DNA of 63,422 nt, counting the filler, from Octopus bimaculoides (lineage: Eukaryota): the NCBI RefSeq assembly GCF_001194135.2. It is 7 parts of 6 records of this genome, joined end to end, with 100 filler letters (N's around TTAATTAATTAA, not from the genome) between each part and the next. Parts side by side here need not be neighbours in the genome. Positions count along the whole stretch, not along the records: positions 1 to 12,348 come from NC_068989.1; positions 12,449 to 23,816 come from NC_068982.1; 5 more parts are not named here. The stretch is one strand, 5' to 3'. Below are positions 1 to 12,610 of this stretch, piece by piece. Positions within the stretch are counted from its first letter, which is position 1. Each line of letters opens with the position of its first letter. The notes under the pieces were generated by a model. That model was not told the DNA's origin, searched no databases, and saw nothing but the letters and a program-made list of their open reading frames with translations. A program made the position numbers and the translations under genes.

Positions 1-33
<33 letters not shown>

Positions 34-828
34 AACGAACATGTTATTTGTTTACTAGAGTACCCGAACCGTTAATAATAGCGGAGCCATTCTTGAAAAA
101 TGTACATGATGAAAGTTGCTAATGAAAGTATTATGACTTAATAAAAATGCCAAAATAACAGGGAAATAATTAGATTATATTTATCACTCACCAAATATTA
201 TACCGGTTTGGTTACTTTTAATATATACAATATGTCGTAGTCAATGATTCACATTTCTGCATTATGTTATTTTCTACGCTAAATGCTCTACCTAACTTCA
301 CGAACATTGTATATGCACAGGTATTCAAAACTTCCAAAATATATGCATATTTGCACATGAGTACATGTTCTTACAGATTTCATACATTTTCTGAAGGTTA
401 TCAAAGTACCAGAAGCTGCGCGCTTACAACATATTTGACATAGTCCACGCAAAACTACGAACGTACATAATAAACATTATTATTCACTTTCACTACAAAA
501 GTTCCAGAAGAACTTTTTTACACCCCGGCCTTCTTAAATTTCAATTTGTAATTTCAAATTATTTCTGTTTTTTCTTTCTTTTTTGTTACAGATTATAGTT
601 CTTTGTTTCGTTTTTTTTTTAAATAAGCTAATATATAATACTTCTCAATAAGACGAATATAAATAATAATAGTGGAATATTGTGAAGTACAGGAAGTAGA
701 ATAATTAATAAAGTAATGGGTGTCAATATGTATAGTGCAATAATATATATTAATGACTCACAGCGTATTGTATATTTTGAATGAGAAAAAAGCGAAATTT
801 AATTAGATCAACAGAATCTATGAACACA

Positions 829-961
829 GATGTGGCTGTGTGGTAAGAAGCTTGCTTCGCAACCATATGGTTCCGGGTTCAGTACCACTGCGTGGCACGC
901 TGTACAAACATCTCCTACTACAGTCTCGGGCCGACCAAACCCTTTTGAGTGGGCTTGGTAG
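829..961 (+). mobile_element. SINE family A, 5' tRNA-like head (cut by gap)
   Basis: TGTGGCTGTGTGGTAAGAAG (A-box-like) and GGTTCAGTACC (B-box-like). Aligns by eye with the copy at 19791-19950 and with reverse-complement copies at 13161 and 33888. Confidence 0.85.
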
Positions 962-983
962 NNNNNNNNNNAAAAACAGCACC

Positions 984-1514
984 ATGGCGCAATTCACTCT
1001 GCCAGAAATTTGGGAATGCCATGTTATACTGCTTGGCATTCGCACCGTAAGCTCCAATACGAACATTTCAAAGTGTTTGGGTGTCAATCTGAAGACAGTG
1101 CAGAGGATTCGGAAAGAGCTGGATAAGTCTAATGGTGATTACAAAGGTACGGCAGCTCGGAAAACTCACTCTGGTCGTTCTGATAAGAAAAGAACTCGTG
1201 AATTTGTTGGTGAGATTTACAACGATCCCTCCAAGTCAATCAGGTCCATCGTCAGGGGCATGGAAGTGTCTGAGTTTCATATCAGATAGATAGTGCATGA
1301 AGACATTCGGTATTCCTCATACAAGATGAGAAAACGCGAATTTTTATCCCAGGTCATCAAGGACAAGAGGAAAGACCGCGCTACGAAGCTTTTGAACAAA
1401 CTCAGGCATCCCCCTCCAACCGAACATACCTTGGTTTTTCTCAAACGAGAAAAATTTTGCCAGGATCAGATGATGAACGCACAGAACAACCATTGGCTTG
1501 CCGCGTCTCCAAAA
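984..1514 (+). pseudogene. Tc1/mariner superfamily transposase, N-terminal part (maT/DD37D-like), disrupted
   Basis: Reads MAQFTLPEIW...LGVNLKTVQRIRKEL...RSDKKRT...DPSKSIRSIVRGMEVSEFHIR*IVHEDIRYSSYKMRK...LLNKLRHP, then a frameshifted EKFCQDQMMNAQNNHWLA. HTH-like spacing and HEDIxYxSY motif; one stop and frameshifts; ends at a TA run and gap. Confidence 0.8.
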
Positions 1515-2224
1515 CTGCGTATTATAAATATATATATATATATATANNNNNNNNNNNNNNNNNNNNNNNNNNNNNNNNNNNNNNNNNNNNNNNNNNNNNN
1601 NNNNNNNNNNNNNNNNNNNNNNNNNNNNNNNNNNNNNNNNNNNNNNNNNNNNNNNNNNNNNNNNNNNNNNNNNNNNNNNNNNNNNNNNNNNNNNNNNNNN
1701 NNNNNNNNNNNNNNNNNNNNNNNNNNNNNNNNNNNNNNNNNNNNNNNNNNNNNNNNNNNNNNNNNNNNNNNNNNNNNNNNNNNNNNNNNNNNNNNNNNNN
1801 NNNNNNNNNNNNNNNNNNNNNNNNNNNNNNNNNNNNNNNNNNNNNNNNNNNNNNNNNNNNNNNNNNNNNNNNNNNNNNNNNNNNNNNNNNNNNNNNNNNN
1901 NNNNNNNNNNNNNNNNNNNNNNNNNNNNNNNNNNNNNNNNNNNNNNNNNNNNNNNNNNNNNNNNNNNNNNNNNNNNNNNNNNATATATATATATATATAT
2001 ATATATACACGTATATTGTCCTTCCAGCTTTCTTTCCACTCAACATCCTACTCCGAAGAAAACAACGCTCGAAACGTCACATCAACTGTTACTGTCTTTG
2101 TACATTTGCTATGTGCGCACAATCACAAACACATACAATTGAATACAGATACGCGTGCGCGCACACATACACATATCTCTCCCCACACACACATACACAC
2201 GCCTACATTTCCTTTATCGTCTGT

Positions 2225-2490
2225 TATAGGATGCCTGAGCATCTGCCACTGAAATGTTTCTCTAAAGACGCAGTTTTGGAATAGGTGTTTGCAGACGACA
2301 AGCCGTTGTCCATGCTTACGTGTTTCCCCTCTTCCCACGAGAGATTGCGTTTGTTGTAACATCTCGTATGGTTCTGCTTTCACAGCAATTTTCCATATTA
2401 TAGAAGTTTTGTTTTCTCTCTTGTCTTTGAGATACAATTCATGTTGTGATAACAGAGTTACAAAAGCAACCCTGTTTTCTTAGCACGAAA
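2225..2490 (-). pseudogene. Possible Penelope-like element, C-terminal (GIY-YIG-side) remnant
   Basis: Minus strand reads TLLSQHELYLKDKRENKTSIIWKIAVKAEPY then, frameshifted, RCYNKRNLSWEE. This resembles the Penelope-type LSxxIWxLK...IxWxIxxxAxPY...CNLCxxE pattern as I recall it; heavily decayed. Confidence 0.4.
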
Positions 2491-3240
2491 TTTTAGCACG
2501 AAAAAATAACACGAAGAGCACTACACAAATACTCGATCTTATAGAAATATCAGCCTTATGCCCTTCAAATCAAAAGAATTTTTTGTTGGTCAATGAAATC
2601 TTAAGTGTACAGGATGGTCATCGCTGGAAGGCCTTTGGTCGTAAATCCGTTACATCAGGGTTGGCTTGGAAGAAATAATAATAACAACGATTATATATTT
2701 TCTAATTGTTATGACGTAGAAGTTAGTTGTATGACTAATGTTGCCAACGTGACAAAGAGAAATAATGAGAATAATCATATCTCTATGGATGATAAGTCCA
2801 AACCGCCATCTGAATGCAAGTGTATCAATGTAGTATCGGGTCAACAAAATGCCAAGTCTTGCATAAATGCGCTCGGGCATCAAAATGAAATATTTACACC
2901 GTAGTCTCTTGCACATTTTCTCTCCGTTCTTCCCAGTTTCTTGGTACAGTTTTGAAAATCCAGTCTTACGCTCTTCCCTCTTTCTTTTTCTCTGTATTTA
3001 CATACCGCTCAGATCACCAACATACATCATTTTGCTGTACAATTCTAAATAGTTCACAGACCCCATTTCTTCACCGTTCTCTTTTTCTCTAACCTCTCCG
3101 CTTCCCGGCCTGCCATCTGTTCAGAATCTTACAAATCTATCATCTAACATTTTGTATTATTTTTTTCTTCAACCAGAACTTCAACCACTCTTTTCTGCTA
3201 TATTTTTTATGAATTTATACTTTTTCCCATATCTGTATTT

Positions 3241-3360
<120 letters not shown>

Positions 3361-3563
3361 GAGCTGGCAAAATCGTCAGCAAGCCGGGCGAACTGGTTAG
3401 CGGTATTTCGTCTGTTTTTACGGTCTGAGTTCAAATTCCGCCGAGGTCGACTTTGCCTTTCGGGGTCGATAAATTAAGCCCCAGTTACGCGATGGGGTCG
3501 ATGTAATTGACCTATCCCCTCCTCCCTAAATTTCAGGCCTTGTGCCTATAGTAGAAAGGATTA
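3361..3563 (+). mobile_element. SINE family B (tRNA-like head, about 200-230 bp)
   Basis: GAGCTGGCAAAATCG (A-box-like), GAGTTCAAATTCCGCC (B-box), GGTCGACTTTGCCTTT core, tail GGCCTTGTGCCTATAGTAGAAAGG; many homologous copies in the window. Confidence 0.9.
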
Positions 3564-4033
3564 NNNNNNNNNNNNNNNNNNNNNNNNNNNNNNNNNNNNN
3601 NNNNNNNNNNNNNNNNNNNNNNNNNNNNNNNNNNNNNNNNNNNNNNNNNNNNNNNNNNNNNNNNNNNNNNNNNNNNNNNNNNNNNNNNNNNNNNNNNNNN
3701 NNNNNNNNNNNNNNNNNNNNNNNNNNNNNNNNNNNNNNNNNNNNNNNNNNNNNNNNNNNNNNNNNNNNNNNNNNNNNNNNNNNNNNNNNNNNNNNNNNNN
3801 NNNNNNNNNNNNNNNNNNNNNNNNNNNNNNNNNNNNNNNNNNNNNNNNNNNNNNNNNNNNNNNNNNNNNNNNNNNNNNNNNNNNNNNNNNNNNNNNNNNN
3901 NNNNNNNNNNNNNNNNNNNNNNNNNNNNNNNNNNNNNNNNNNNNNNNNNNNNNNNNNNNNNNNNNNNNNNNNNNNNNNNNNNNNNNNNNNNNNNNNNNNN
4001 NNNNNNNNNNNNNNNNNNNNNNNNNNNNNNNNN

Positions 4034-4067
<34 letters not shown>

Positions 4068-7000
4068 CACACACATATGTTAGGGGATATATATATGTGT
4101 GTGTGTGTTTGTATACAGAGTGAGAGAGACAAAGAAAGAGAGAGAGAGAGAAAGAGAGTATCAAACAGTGAAGCGTGTCAAACGAATGACAGAGGAACGA
4201 TCCCTGTATATGCTGTCCAGTATACTGTTTATTGAAAATGGATGTTTACCTAGCGATCTAAGTTTCAATATATCGCGATCTTCAAGCGAGAAGTGTTATA
4301 ACTCGTTTTGGTAGTATATTTATATTCGTTGGCGGTGGGAGGGGGTCTATTGTTTGTGTTTGTTAATTGGTTTACTTTTTGCTTCTACTGATTGACTGTT
4401 ATTTTTCTGCCTCGTCATTTGTTATTTTCATTTCTGATTTGGTATTTATTTTCTTTATATTTGTTGATGAAGGGATGTATTTTAATTTGTTTTATTAGCT
4501 TATTTTTATTGCATTATATATATTTTATTGCATTATATATTTACTTAATTTTTGTTGTTAAGTTTGTTTTGGAATGTAACACTGTTTGTAAATATTGATG
4601 ATAGTATGGTTTTGTAAGTGAAAGTTTTATGGGGTCAAAGTTAAAAAATTTTAATGGCTTTTTTGTTGCTTTTATGTGTGAATTTAAGTGTAAAACCAAT
4701 TAACGACGTCTTTATTTTGGGAAGAGTTTAGGAGTATCTGATAGTGCGAATGGCATTTCATGGTTGAGTGGCTTTTGCTAATGTTTCGAAGTTTGTTCTG
4801 GTCAAGAAGGAAGGATTCTTCAAAAGCTGGAGGGCTTGATACGGCTTGTTGATATTATGTGTTAAACTAATTAAAGATTTTTGTTTATGTCATCGGAGTG
4901 AATGTGTTTTTTTTATGATAAATATTTAGGTGCGTTTACTTGTGACAAAAAAGAGAGAGTATGAGAGTGAGTGCACACGCGAAATAAAGTACATCCATAA
5001 GAATCTCATCACGATGTACATCCATAAGAATCTCATCACAAATAGTCGACTCAAATTAAACACACAGTACACCATAATAGATAGATATTTCACTCTTTCC
5101 AGACTTTTTTTTTTTTTTTGTAAGTTATAGAGGTTTAAAGGTTGATAGTTTTCACCTGGTCAGAAAACAGGATTTGGAAGTTGTCATTTTCTGCGTGACA
5201 GAAAGTGTTGTCAACTGTAAACAAATGAATTACTAGCGGAATTCTACTTTACGCTTGCCATATAACCCCTCGTAACTTTTTTTTATTTTTTGGTATTTTC
5301 AGAAAATTTTTTCGTATTCTACACATGGAAATTCATACAGTTATGCAAAAACCAAAACAAAAAATTGGGGGTCGTGATTTAAGGCCAATTTAGCTGTTAT
5401 TTTTAGCACATCTCACCACCACCTCAATGAGTAGAATATGTTTGTCAACACGTGCTTTCTCGCAGACAAAAGAGTTCTCATTTTTGGCTTGTTACTGTAG
5501 AAACAGAAATGAATGTATCTGTGGCTTACAACTGGCTAAAATTACCCAAAATTCGCAAACTTTAAAAGCAATTAACTCTTTGTTTGTTGTTTTGTGGGGA
5601 AAACGAATTTCATGGCATTGATTAGCATATATGCACCGAATAAGAAATTAATTCGAACAGAACCTGAATAGATTGAAAATTGGCTGCCAAAGAGAAAAGA
5701 TCCTATCACTTGATTTCTACATACATACATACATATATATNNNNNNNNNNNNNNNNNNNNNNNNNNNNNNNNNNNNNNNNNNNNNNNNNNNNNNNNNNNN
5801 NNNNNNNNNNNNNNNNNNNNNNNNNNNNNNNNNNNNNNNNNNNNNNNNNNNNNNNNNNNNNNNNNNNNNNNNNNNNNNNNNNNNNNNNNNNNNNNNNNNN
5901 NNNNNNNNNNNNNNNNNNNNNNNNNNNNNNNNNNNNNNNNNNNNNNNNNNNNNNNNNNNNNNNNNNNNNNNNNNNNNNNNNNNNNNNNNNNNNNNNNNNN
6001 NNNNNNNNNNNNNNNNNNNNNNNNNNNNNNNNNNNNNNNNNNNNNNNNNNNNNNNNNNNNNNNNNNNNNNNNNNNNNNNNNNNNNNNNNNNNNNNNNNNN
6101 NNNNNNNNNNNNNNNNNNNNNNNNNNNNNNNNNNNNNNNNNNNNNNNNNNNNNNNNNNNNNNNNNNNNNNNNNNNNNNNNNNNNNNNNNNNNNNNNNNNN
6201 NNNNNNNNNNNNNNNNNNNNNNNNNNNNNNNNNNNNNNNNNNNNNNNNNNNNNNNNNNNNNNNNNNNNNNNNNNNNNNNNNNNNNNNNNNNNNNNNNNNN
6301 NNNNNNNNNNNNNNNNNNNNNNNNNNNNNNNNNNNNNNNNTATATATATATATGTATACACACACACACACACAGATATATATATATATATATATGCACT
6401 ATGACTAATTAAAAGCAAGCCTTTTACTAAAACGCTAACACGCTCACACAGACATCTCATACGCACACATACACATGCACGCGCGCGCGCAACTTAACCT
6501 TAACTTAAGAAACAAGTGTTGAAGAAAACACATTCACGCTTTCTTGTTTGTTTTTGTTAAAATGGAATGCGCTATATACGTCATAGAGAAGTCATTAATT
6601 TTTAACGTTTTGGAATTATTGACATAGAAATCTATTCAAATTCGTTATATTCGAGGTTTTGTCTTCACAGAACACAACTAATTTCCACAAACTCACAAGA
6701 AAGGGGCTGATCTTTATGGATACAAATGCAAGAAATGCAGTAGACCCATCAGGGACATTTCCTGAAATGCTAAAAGTACTTCATCAAGTGGGACACGCGT
6801 TGGTTATTCATATAGTTAATCAGACAGTGCTACAGTAGGATTCGTTCGTAATAGCCGTCATAACAAAGGACATGCTGTAGGAACGCCTATTGTAGTTTGT
6901 GTACCGATAAACTGGTTGTTAATTGCTTCTAATATATCTTTGGCAAATTTTCCATAGTATTGCTATTATAACTAATGCAATGTTAACAAATGAAATGGTG

Positions 7001-7879
7001 GCATAGTCAATGATACGGAGTCTGTTCTGTATGACTGCAACCTAAAGCCTCATAATTTTAAACACTTTGGAAATTCTAATAACATAATTCTCATTTGCTC
7101 TCTCCTTGAAACTCCAGTAATCTGCAGCTGTTTTTTTGATATGGTAATAAAATTATTTTTATAGTTCTCCGCAATTAGACTTAGCTTTCAGTATATTGAA
7201 AATGTATCAAAATGTGATACATTGTACAGACATATTAAATATCTGAGCGAGTAAATGTGCGTTTGTGAACGTCTATTCGTGAGCGTGCAAGAGTGCATAT
7301 CTGTGCGCGTGTGCATATATATGTATGTTTGCGTATATCCGTGTGATATATGTGTAATTTAAGCCAGGGAATGAGTGAATGTTCAGAAAAGAAAAAAAGA
7401 GAGTAAGAAAGAGAGAGAAACCAAGAGAGAGACGCAGTTAGAATGATAAATGCTATAAAACGTATGTACTGTTACAGGAAATATGTCAGTGTAGAAAGTA
7501 GTTTGATGCCGCCACGTGTGCAATGGAAAACAGGTATTTACGATAGCCGATGCCTTTGAAGAGCACACATAACCGGAAAGACGTCAGCTGAGAATTTCCA
7601 GATGTTTAGTATTAAGACTCATACATGTATGTGTATGCGCAGAGGCACGTTTGCATGTCTGTCTGTCTCTCTCTGTATTTGTAATACATATTATCTATAT
7701 ATGTGGGTGGGTGGGGCGCGTAAATGTATGTATATATAACAATCAATAATATGTACGAAGAAAATCCTAGCCTTATTTTAGATCACACCTTAGAAATCCA
7801 ACAATTGCTTCAATTACATTAACATATATATATATATATATAAACAAATAGTAAATGAGTATATGCATATATACGTACA

Positions 7880-8150
7880 GGTATGTGCATACCGACATCC
7901 ACCTGTATGTATAGGTACATATCTGGGTACAGGACATTGCAAACAAAACGTAGACGAGAAAACACACAAGCCACATAGAGAACATTCTTCTTCATCAGCT
8001 ACCCCCGTTTTAACACCGGCGTTTCGAAGAGCTGGGCAGGACACATCGCTAAAACGGCTCTTCCCATGGACCGCAAATTAAATTTGTATACACAAATTAA
8101 ACCTTGCCATGGAGGAATGTAGTGGCGGACAAAAAACAAGACAGGAATAT
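7880..8150 (-). mobile_element. Probable Penelope-like terminal-repeat remnant
   Basis: Minus strand has GAAGAGC...GCTCTTC-GAAACG followed by CTGATGAAG. The same order of motifs (stem, GAAA, later CTGATGAAG) occurs at 61700-62150. Bounded by TA repeats. Confidence 0.3.
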
Positions 8151-8577
8151 ATATATATATATATANNNNNNNNNNNNNNNNNNNNNNNNNNNNNNNNNNN
8201 NNNNNNNNNNNNNNNNNNNNNNNNNNNNNNNNNNNNNNNNNNNNNNNNNNNNNNNNNNNNNNNNNNNNNNNNNNNNNNNNNNNNNNNNNNNNNNNNNNNN
8301 NNNNNNNNNNNNNNNNNNNNNNNNNNNNNNNNNNNNNNNNNNNNNNNNNNNNNNNNNNNNNNNNNNNNNNNNNNNNNNNNNNNNNNNNNNNNNNNNNNNN
8401 NNNNNNNNNNNNNNNNNNNNNNNNNNNNNNNNNNNNNNNNNNNNNNNNNNNNNNNNNNNNNNNNNNNNNNNNNNNNNNNNNNNACACACACATATATACC
8501 TGTACACACACATATATACCTATACACACACACATATATATATATACATACATATACAGATACATACACACGCACAC

Positions 8578-8624
<47 letters not shown>

Positions 8625-8897
8625 AAGAAGAGCGAACCATATACGTGTTACCTGGACGAGAAACAAAAACAAAAACTTTAACAACATTTTCTTTGTTTAC
8701 TTTTTTATTTTTTCTTCTTTTTTTTCTCTGTCTTTCTTCCCTTTTTGCTCTATCACATGAAACTGTAAATGAACAATCTGGTGTGCTTATTTTAATGGCC
8801 TACCAATGTATACAGTGCGTTTCTTTGTCCTAGGTGTCAGGAAGACATTGGCAAGAAATGGAAACAGAATATTGAAAGATAATAAAACAATAATAAT

Positions 8898-8986
8898 ATG
8901 GGCATACTGGGCTTCGGACATTTTAACTCAGTGTCACTTTGATGGTATGCACTGCTCTCTCACTCAATAATAACAATAATAATAAT
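8898..8986 (+). mobile_element. Short 3' fragment of (AAT)n-tailed retroposon (family D)
   Basis: CAGTGTCACTTTGATGGTATGCACTGCTCTCTCACTC-(AAT)n closely matches the 3' end of the copy at 9666-10004. Confidence 0.8.
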
Positions 8987-8987
8987 A

Positions 8988-9138
8988 TTTTTTTATTTCT
9001 TTATTGCCCACAGGGGGCTAAACATAGAGGGGACAAAGAAAGACAGACAAGGGGATTAAGTCGATTACATCGACCCAGTGCGTAACTGGTACTTATTTAA
9101 CCGACCCCGAAAGGATGAAAGGCAAAGTCGACCTCGGC
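8988..9138 (-). mobile_element. SINE family B, 5'-truncated, with alternative 3' tail
   Basis: Reverse complement of the B core (AAGGCAAAGTCGACCTCGGC), with a tail matching the + copy at 53990-54057 (GGGCAATAAAGAAATA). Confidence 0.85.
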
Positions 9139-9323
9139 ACACATCCCACGTAAAGCACTTTCAATGCAGTAAAAATAAGAACATCACAGATCACAGCACA
9201 TACCCAAGGCACACAGAGCTGCGCTCGGTAGTGCAGTGACAGTATGTGATGAAAGTAAAACTAGTGAATAGCAACAACAACAACAACAACAATAACAACA
9301 ACAATAATAATAATAATAATAAT
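9137..9323 (+). mobile_element. 3' end of an R4/Dong-like non-LTR retrotransposon with (AAC)/(AAT) tail
   Basis: 9137-9172 reads AHIPRKALSMQ*, resembling the GTAHILRKxL* C-terminus of R4/Dong-clade ORFs; followed by a short 3' UTR and a trinucleotide tail. Confidence 0.5.
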
Positions 9324-9665
9324 AGTGGTGTGAATTTGTGAGAGTGNNNNNNNNNNNNNNNNNNNNNNNNNNNNNNNNNNNNNNNNNNNNNNNNNNNNNN
9401 NNNNNNNNNNNNNNNNNNNNNNNNNNNNNNNNNNNNNNNNNNNNNNNNNNNNNNNNNNNNNNNNNNNNNNNNNNNNNNNNNNNNNNNNNNNNNNNNNNNN
9501 NNNNNNNNNNNNNNNNNNNNNNNNNNNNNNNNNNNNNNNNNNNNNNNNNNNNNNNNNNNNNNNNNNNNNNNNNNNNNNNNNNNNNNNNNNNNNNNNNNNN
9601 NNNNNNNNNNNNNNNNNNNNNNNNNNNNNNNNNNNNNNNNNNNNNNNNNNNNNNNNNNNNNNNNN

Positions 9666-10004
9666 TGTGTTGAGAGGAATTCTTTGGGGTTTGAATAATT
9701 CACCTTTGGAAACATGGGTGTTTTGTTCATTATCCTTAAAACAAACCTTATTCAGGGACCTTTTAAGCGGGATGGGCTACTCGACCTGAAGAAAATTCTA
9801 ACTGGGCCCCACCTGCGAGGTCATGCACTGTTTATCTTGATATGAGATCACCATGTCGCGCACATATGGTTGTGATGCATGTGCCTGGTGTACCCTTATC
9901 AGACGGGTAGTCATGATGGGTATATTGGGCTTTGTATATTTTACCCCAGTGTCACTTTGATGGCATGCACTGCTCTCTCACTCAATAATAATAATAATAA
10001 TAAT
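9666..10004 (+). mobile_element. (AAT)n-tailed retroposon (family D; LINE 3' UTR or SINE), 5' end lost in gap
   Basis: GC-richer 318-bp segment ending CTCACTC(AAT)7; second copy of its 3' end at 8898; flanked by a 23-bp direct repeat (9324-9346 and 10005-10027). Confidence 0.7.
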
Positions 10005-10736
10005 AGTGGTGTGAATTTGTGAGAGTGGTGTGAATTTGTGAGAGTGTAGATAACTGTTTGCAAATACTTTGGAAATTTTTGTTCGTCTTTTCAGGCAAAG
10101 CAATATTCTGTTATGACATCATACAATTCGGTTTTTTTTTTGGTTTTTTTTTTTTTTTTTTGGTTTTTTTAAAATTTCACTTCTGATTTATGACTTATAC
10201 AGAAAGGCAAACATGTCGAAACTTTGCTGTAACGTAAAAAGTTTCTCTAATGACGTAATAATGGCCTGATCTTGTTTATTTTTATTTCATATCTTCGTTG
10301 CTGCAGCAGCAGACACCACATTGGAATGATATAGACTGCGTTTTGTCTATAAAATTCAAGACAGCGTTGAGATATTCAAACGACTGGTTATGCTAGATAG
10401 ACAACAAAGTTAATCTTACGGTCACCAAACATACTTCAAACATTCTACAAAAAATATTTATCACTACATTGTATGATAACAGAGTAAGATTTTCTCTAAG
10501 CGTATCCGTACATAAGAGTTTACGAAAACACACATATACACGCATGCAAATGTACACACACTTACGCACACATGTTTATATTTATATGCTCATAAACACA
10601 CTTCTGAATATGCTTGCATGTATAAACCTGAGCATCTGTGAGTGAGTGAGTGAGTGTATGTGTGTGTGTAAGCGTGTGTGAATTTGTTTATGTATAGTTG
10701 GCTAGATGCATATATACATATACGCACACACACGTG

Positions 10737-10786
<50 letters not shown>

Positions 10787-11000
10787 CCCGCGCGTGTCAG
10801 TTCTTGAATCAAACACAGACGAGATAAGAAATTCAAAGAGGTCTCTATAGGAATTAAATACAACTAGAGCAAATAGTTTTAGCAAAGCAGCTCCACTTTC
10901 TCTAATTCCTTACAAGCTGATTCTGCAGAAACAAAATGAAGCTGAAAATGCACAGCTCAGCTGAAATAATTATTGTATCCTTTCCACGTATTCTTTTAAT

Positions 11001-11168
11001 CTTTTACTTGTTTCAGTCGTTTGACTACGGCCATGCTGGAGCACCGCCTTAAAGGGTTTTGGTCGAGCAAATCGACCCCCAAGACTTATGCTCAACCGCC
11101 AAGTTACGGGTGCATAAACACACTAGTATCAGTTGTCAAGCGATGGCGGGGCACAAACACAGACACAC
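11001..11168 (-). mobile_element. SINE family A, 3' half
   Basis: CTTTTACTTGTTTCAGTCGTTTGACTACGGCCATGCTGGAGCACCGCC is the reverse complement of the tail at 56770-56830. Confidence 0.85.
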
Positions 11169-11322
11169 ATAAATATACACTCTTCAAAACTTGCCCTAAG
11201 AATGAGGTCAAAGTAAAATTACTACCTGCTTTTATAGCAAGTTGATGCAGACGGTTTATCCCGTCCCCCTCCGACTTTTAGTTCATGCAAATGAAAAAAC
11301 TGCATTATTTATTAGATGACCC

Positions 11323-11370
<48 letters not shown>

Positions 11371-11376
<6 letters not shown>

Positions 11377-11640
11377 GCAAAATTCATCAAAAGAAGCTGA
11401 TGGTGTGTGTTTGGTGGTCTGGCGCAGGTGTGATCCATTATGATTTCATTAAACCTGGCGCATCAATCACAGCCGAAGTATACTTCAGCCAACTGAACCA
11501 AATGATGCAGAAACTTACAAAAAAACAACAAAAAAACCTAGATTAGTCAACAGATCCACTCCTATTTTAAGACAACGCCAGACCACACATCGCAAAAATG
11601 ATATTGGCGAAACTACAGGAGTTAGAATTGGAAGTTCTCC
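11371..11640 (+). pseudogene. Mariner (DD34D-type) transposase, central fragment
   Basis: KSKIHQKKLMVCVWWSGAGVIHYDFIKPGASITAEVY..., then frameshifted PRLVNRSTPIL and DNARPHIAKMILAKLQELELEVL; similar to the element at 25144-26419. Confidence 0.9.
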
Positions 11641-12348
11641 AAATTTGAAATTGCTACACAATATCATGTCAGTCATTACACAATTCAGTGATGTAGAAAA
11701 TAAAATCATATACACACTTATCTAATTTTCAATCGCTGATTATTATCAATCCATAAAAAAGATTTCGTTTAAAGCTATCAACGTTTATCGTATCTGAAAT
11801 GTTTTTTATGCATTCTGCAAAAATTGCTTCTAACGAGATCAATGGGTCCGGACTTTCTTTCATGCATGTGATATATCAGTGAAATGAAGAAACAAAATGT
11901 ATTCAATCTGGTAAATATTTCTGACGCAATGTTTTCAGATACGAGTATGTGTATACTATGTATATGTGTATGTTTATGCATGTAAACAGATGTATGTATG
12001 TAGACATGTCTTTGTATATGTGTGTGGATACATTTCGTTGCTGTTATGCAAAAGTGTCGTAAGTCCAAAAAGTTGCTTTTTTCAGAAAAAGATAAAAATA
12101 GTTTCACCATTTCATTTCATTTTACATTAGCAAAACCGTTGTACTACACTTTAACCATTTTCATATCTACGGTAGATTGACCAAAAGAACCGGCTATTGC
12201 AAGCAAAAAGAAATATTGAAAATTTGGACATACAACAGTTTAACATAATAGCAACGATTTATATCTATATCTGTCTCACACACACTCTCTCTCTCTTTCT
12301 TTCTCTTATCTTGCTCTCTCTCTCTCTCCCCATATATATATATATATA

Positions 12349-12448
12349 NNNNNNNNNNNNNNNNNNNNNNNNNNNNNNNNNNNNNNNNNNNNTTAATTAA
12401 TTAANNNNNNNNNNNNNNNNNNNNNNNNNNNNNNNNNNNNNNNNNNNN
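12349..12448. other. Artificial scaffold spacer (44 N + TTAATTAATTAA + 44 N)
   Basis: Identical 100-nt construct at six sites; the 12-mer gives stops in all six frames. Confidence 0.95.
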
Positions 12449-12557
12449 ATATATACACACACACATATATACACCAAATGGAAACGAGTACCAACATTTC
12501 CATGTGAAATGCTTATACAATTGTGAAGATGTCTTCGCATGAAACCATTGGATACGT

Positions 12558-12610
<53 letters not shown>

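Noticed and set aside
829-900. tRNA genes at SINE heads
   Set aside because: A/B boxes are present, but I cannot fold a cloverleaf and the sequence continues into repeat bodies.
2051-2078. Hammerhead-like CTCCGAAGA...GCTCGAAACGTC
   Set aside because: The GAAA-CG-TC half is right, but the CUGANGA core is broken, helix II is incomplete and helix I cannot pair; at most a relic.
5150-5480. Possible DNA-transposon end (also 13500-13720)
   Set aside because: No partner TIR, second copy or coding motif in the window.
6671-6840. Possible exon after GTCTTCACAG
   Set aside because: A 56-codon frame with no recognisable motif or clear donor.
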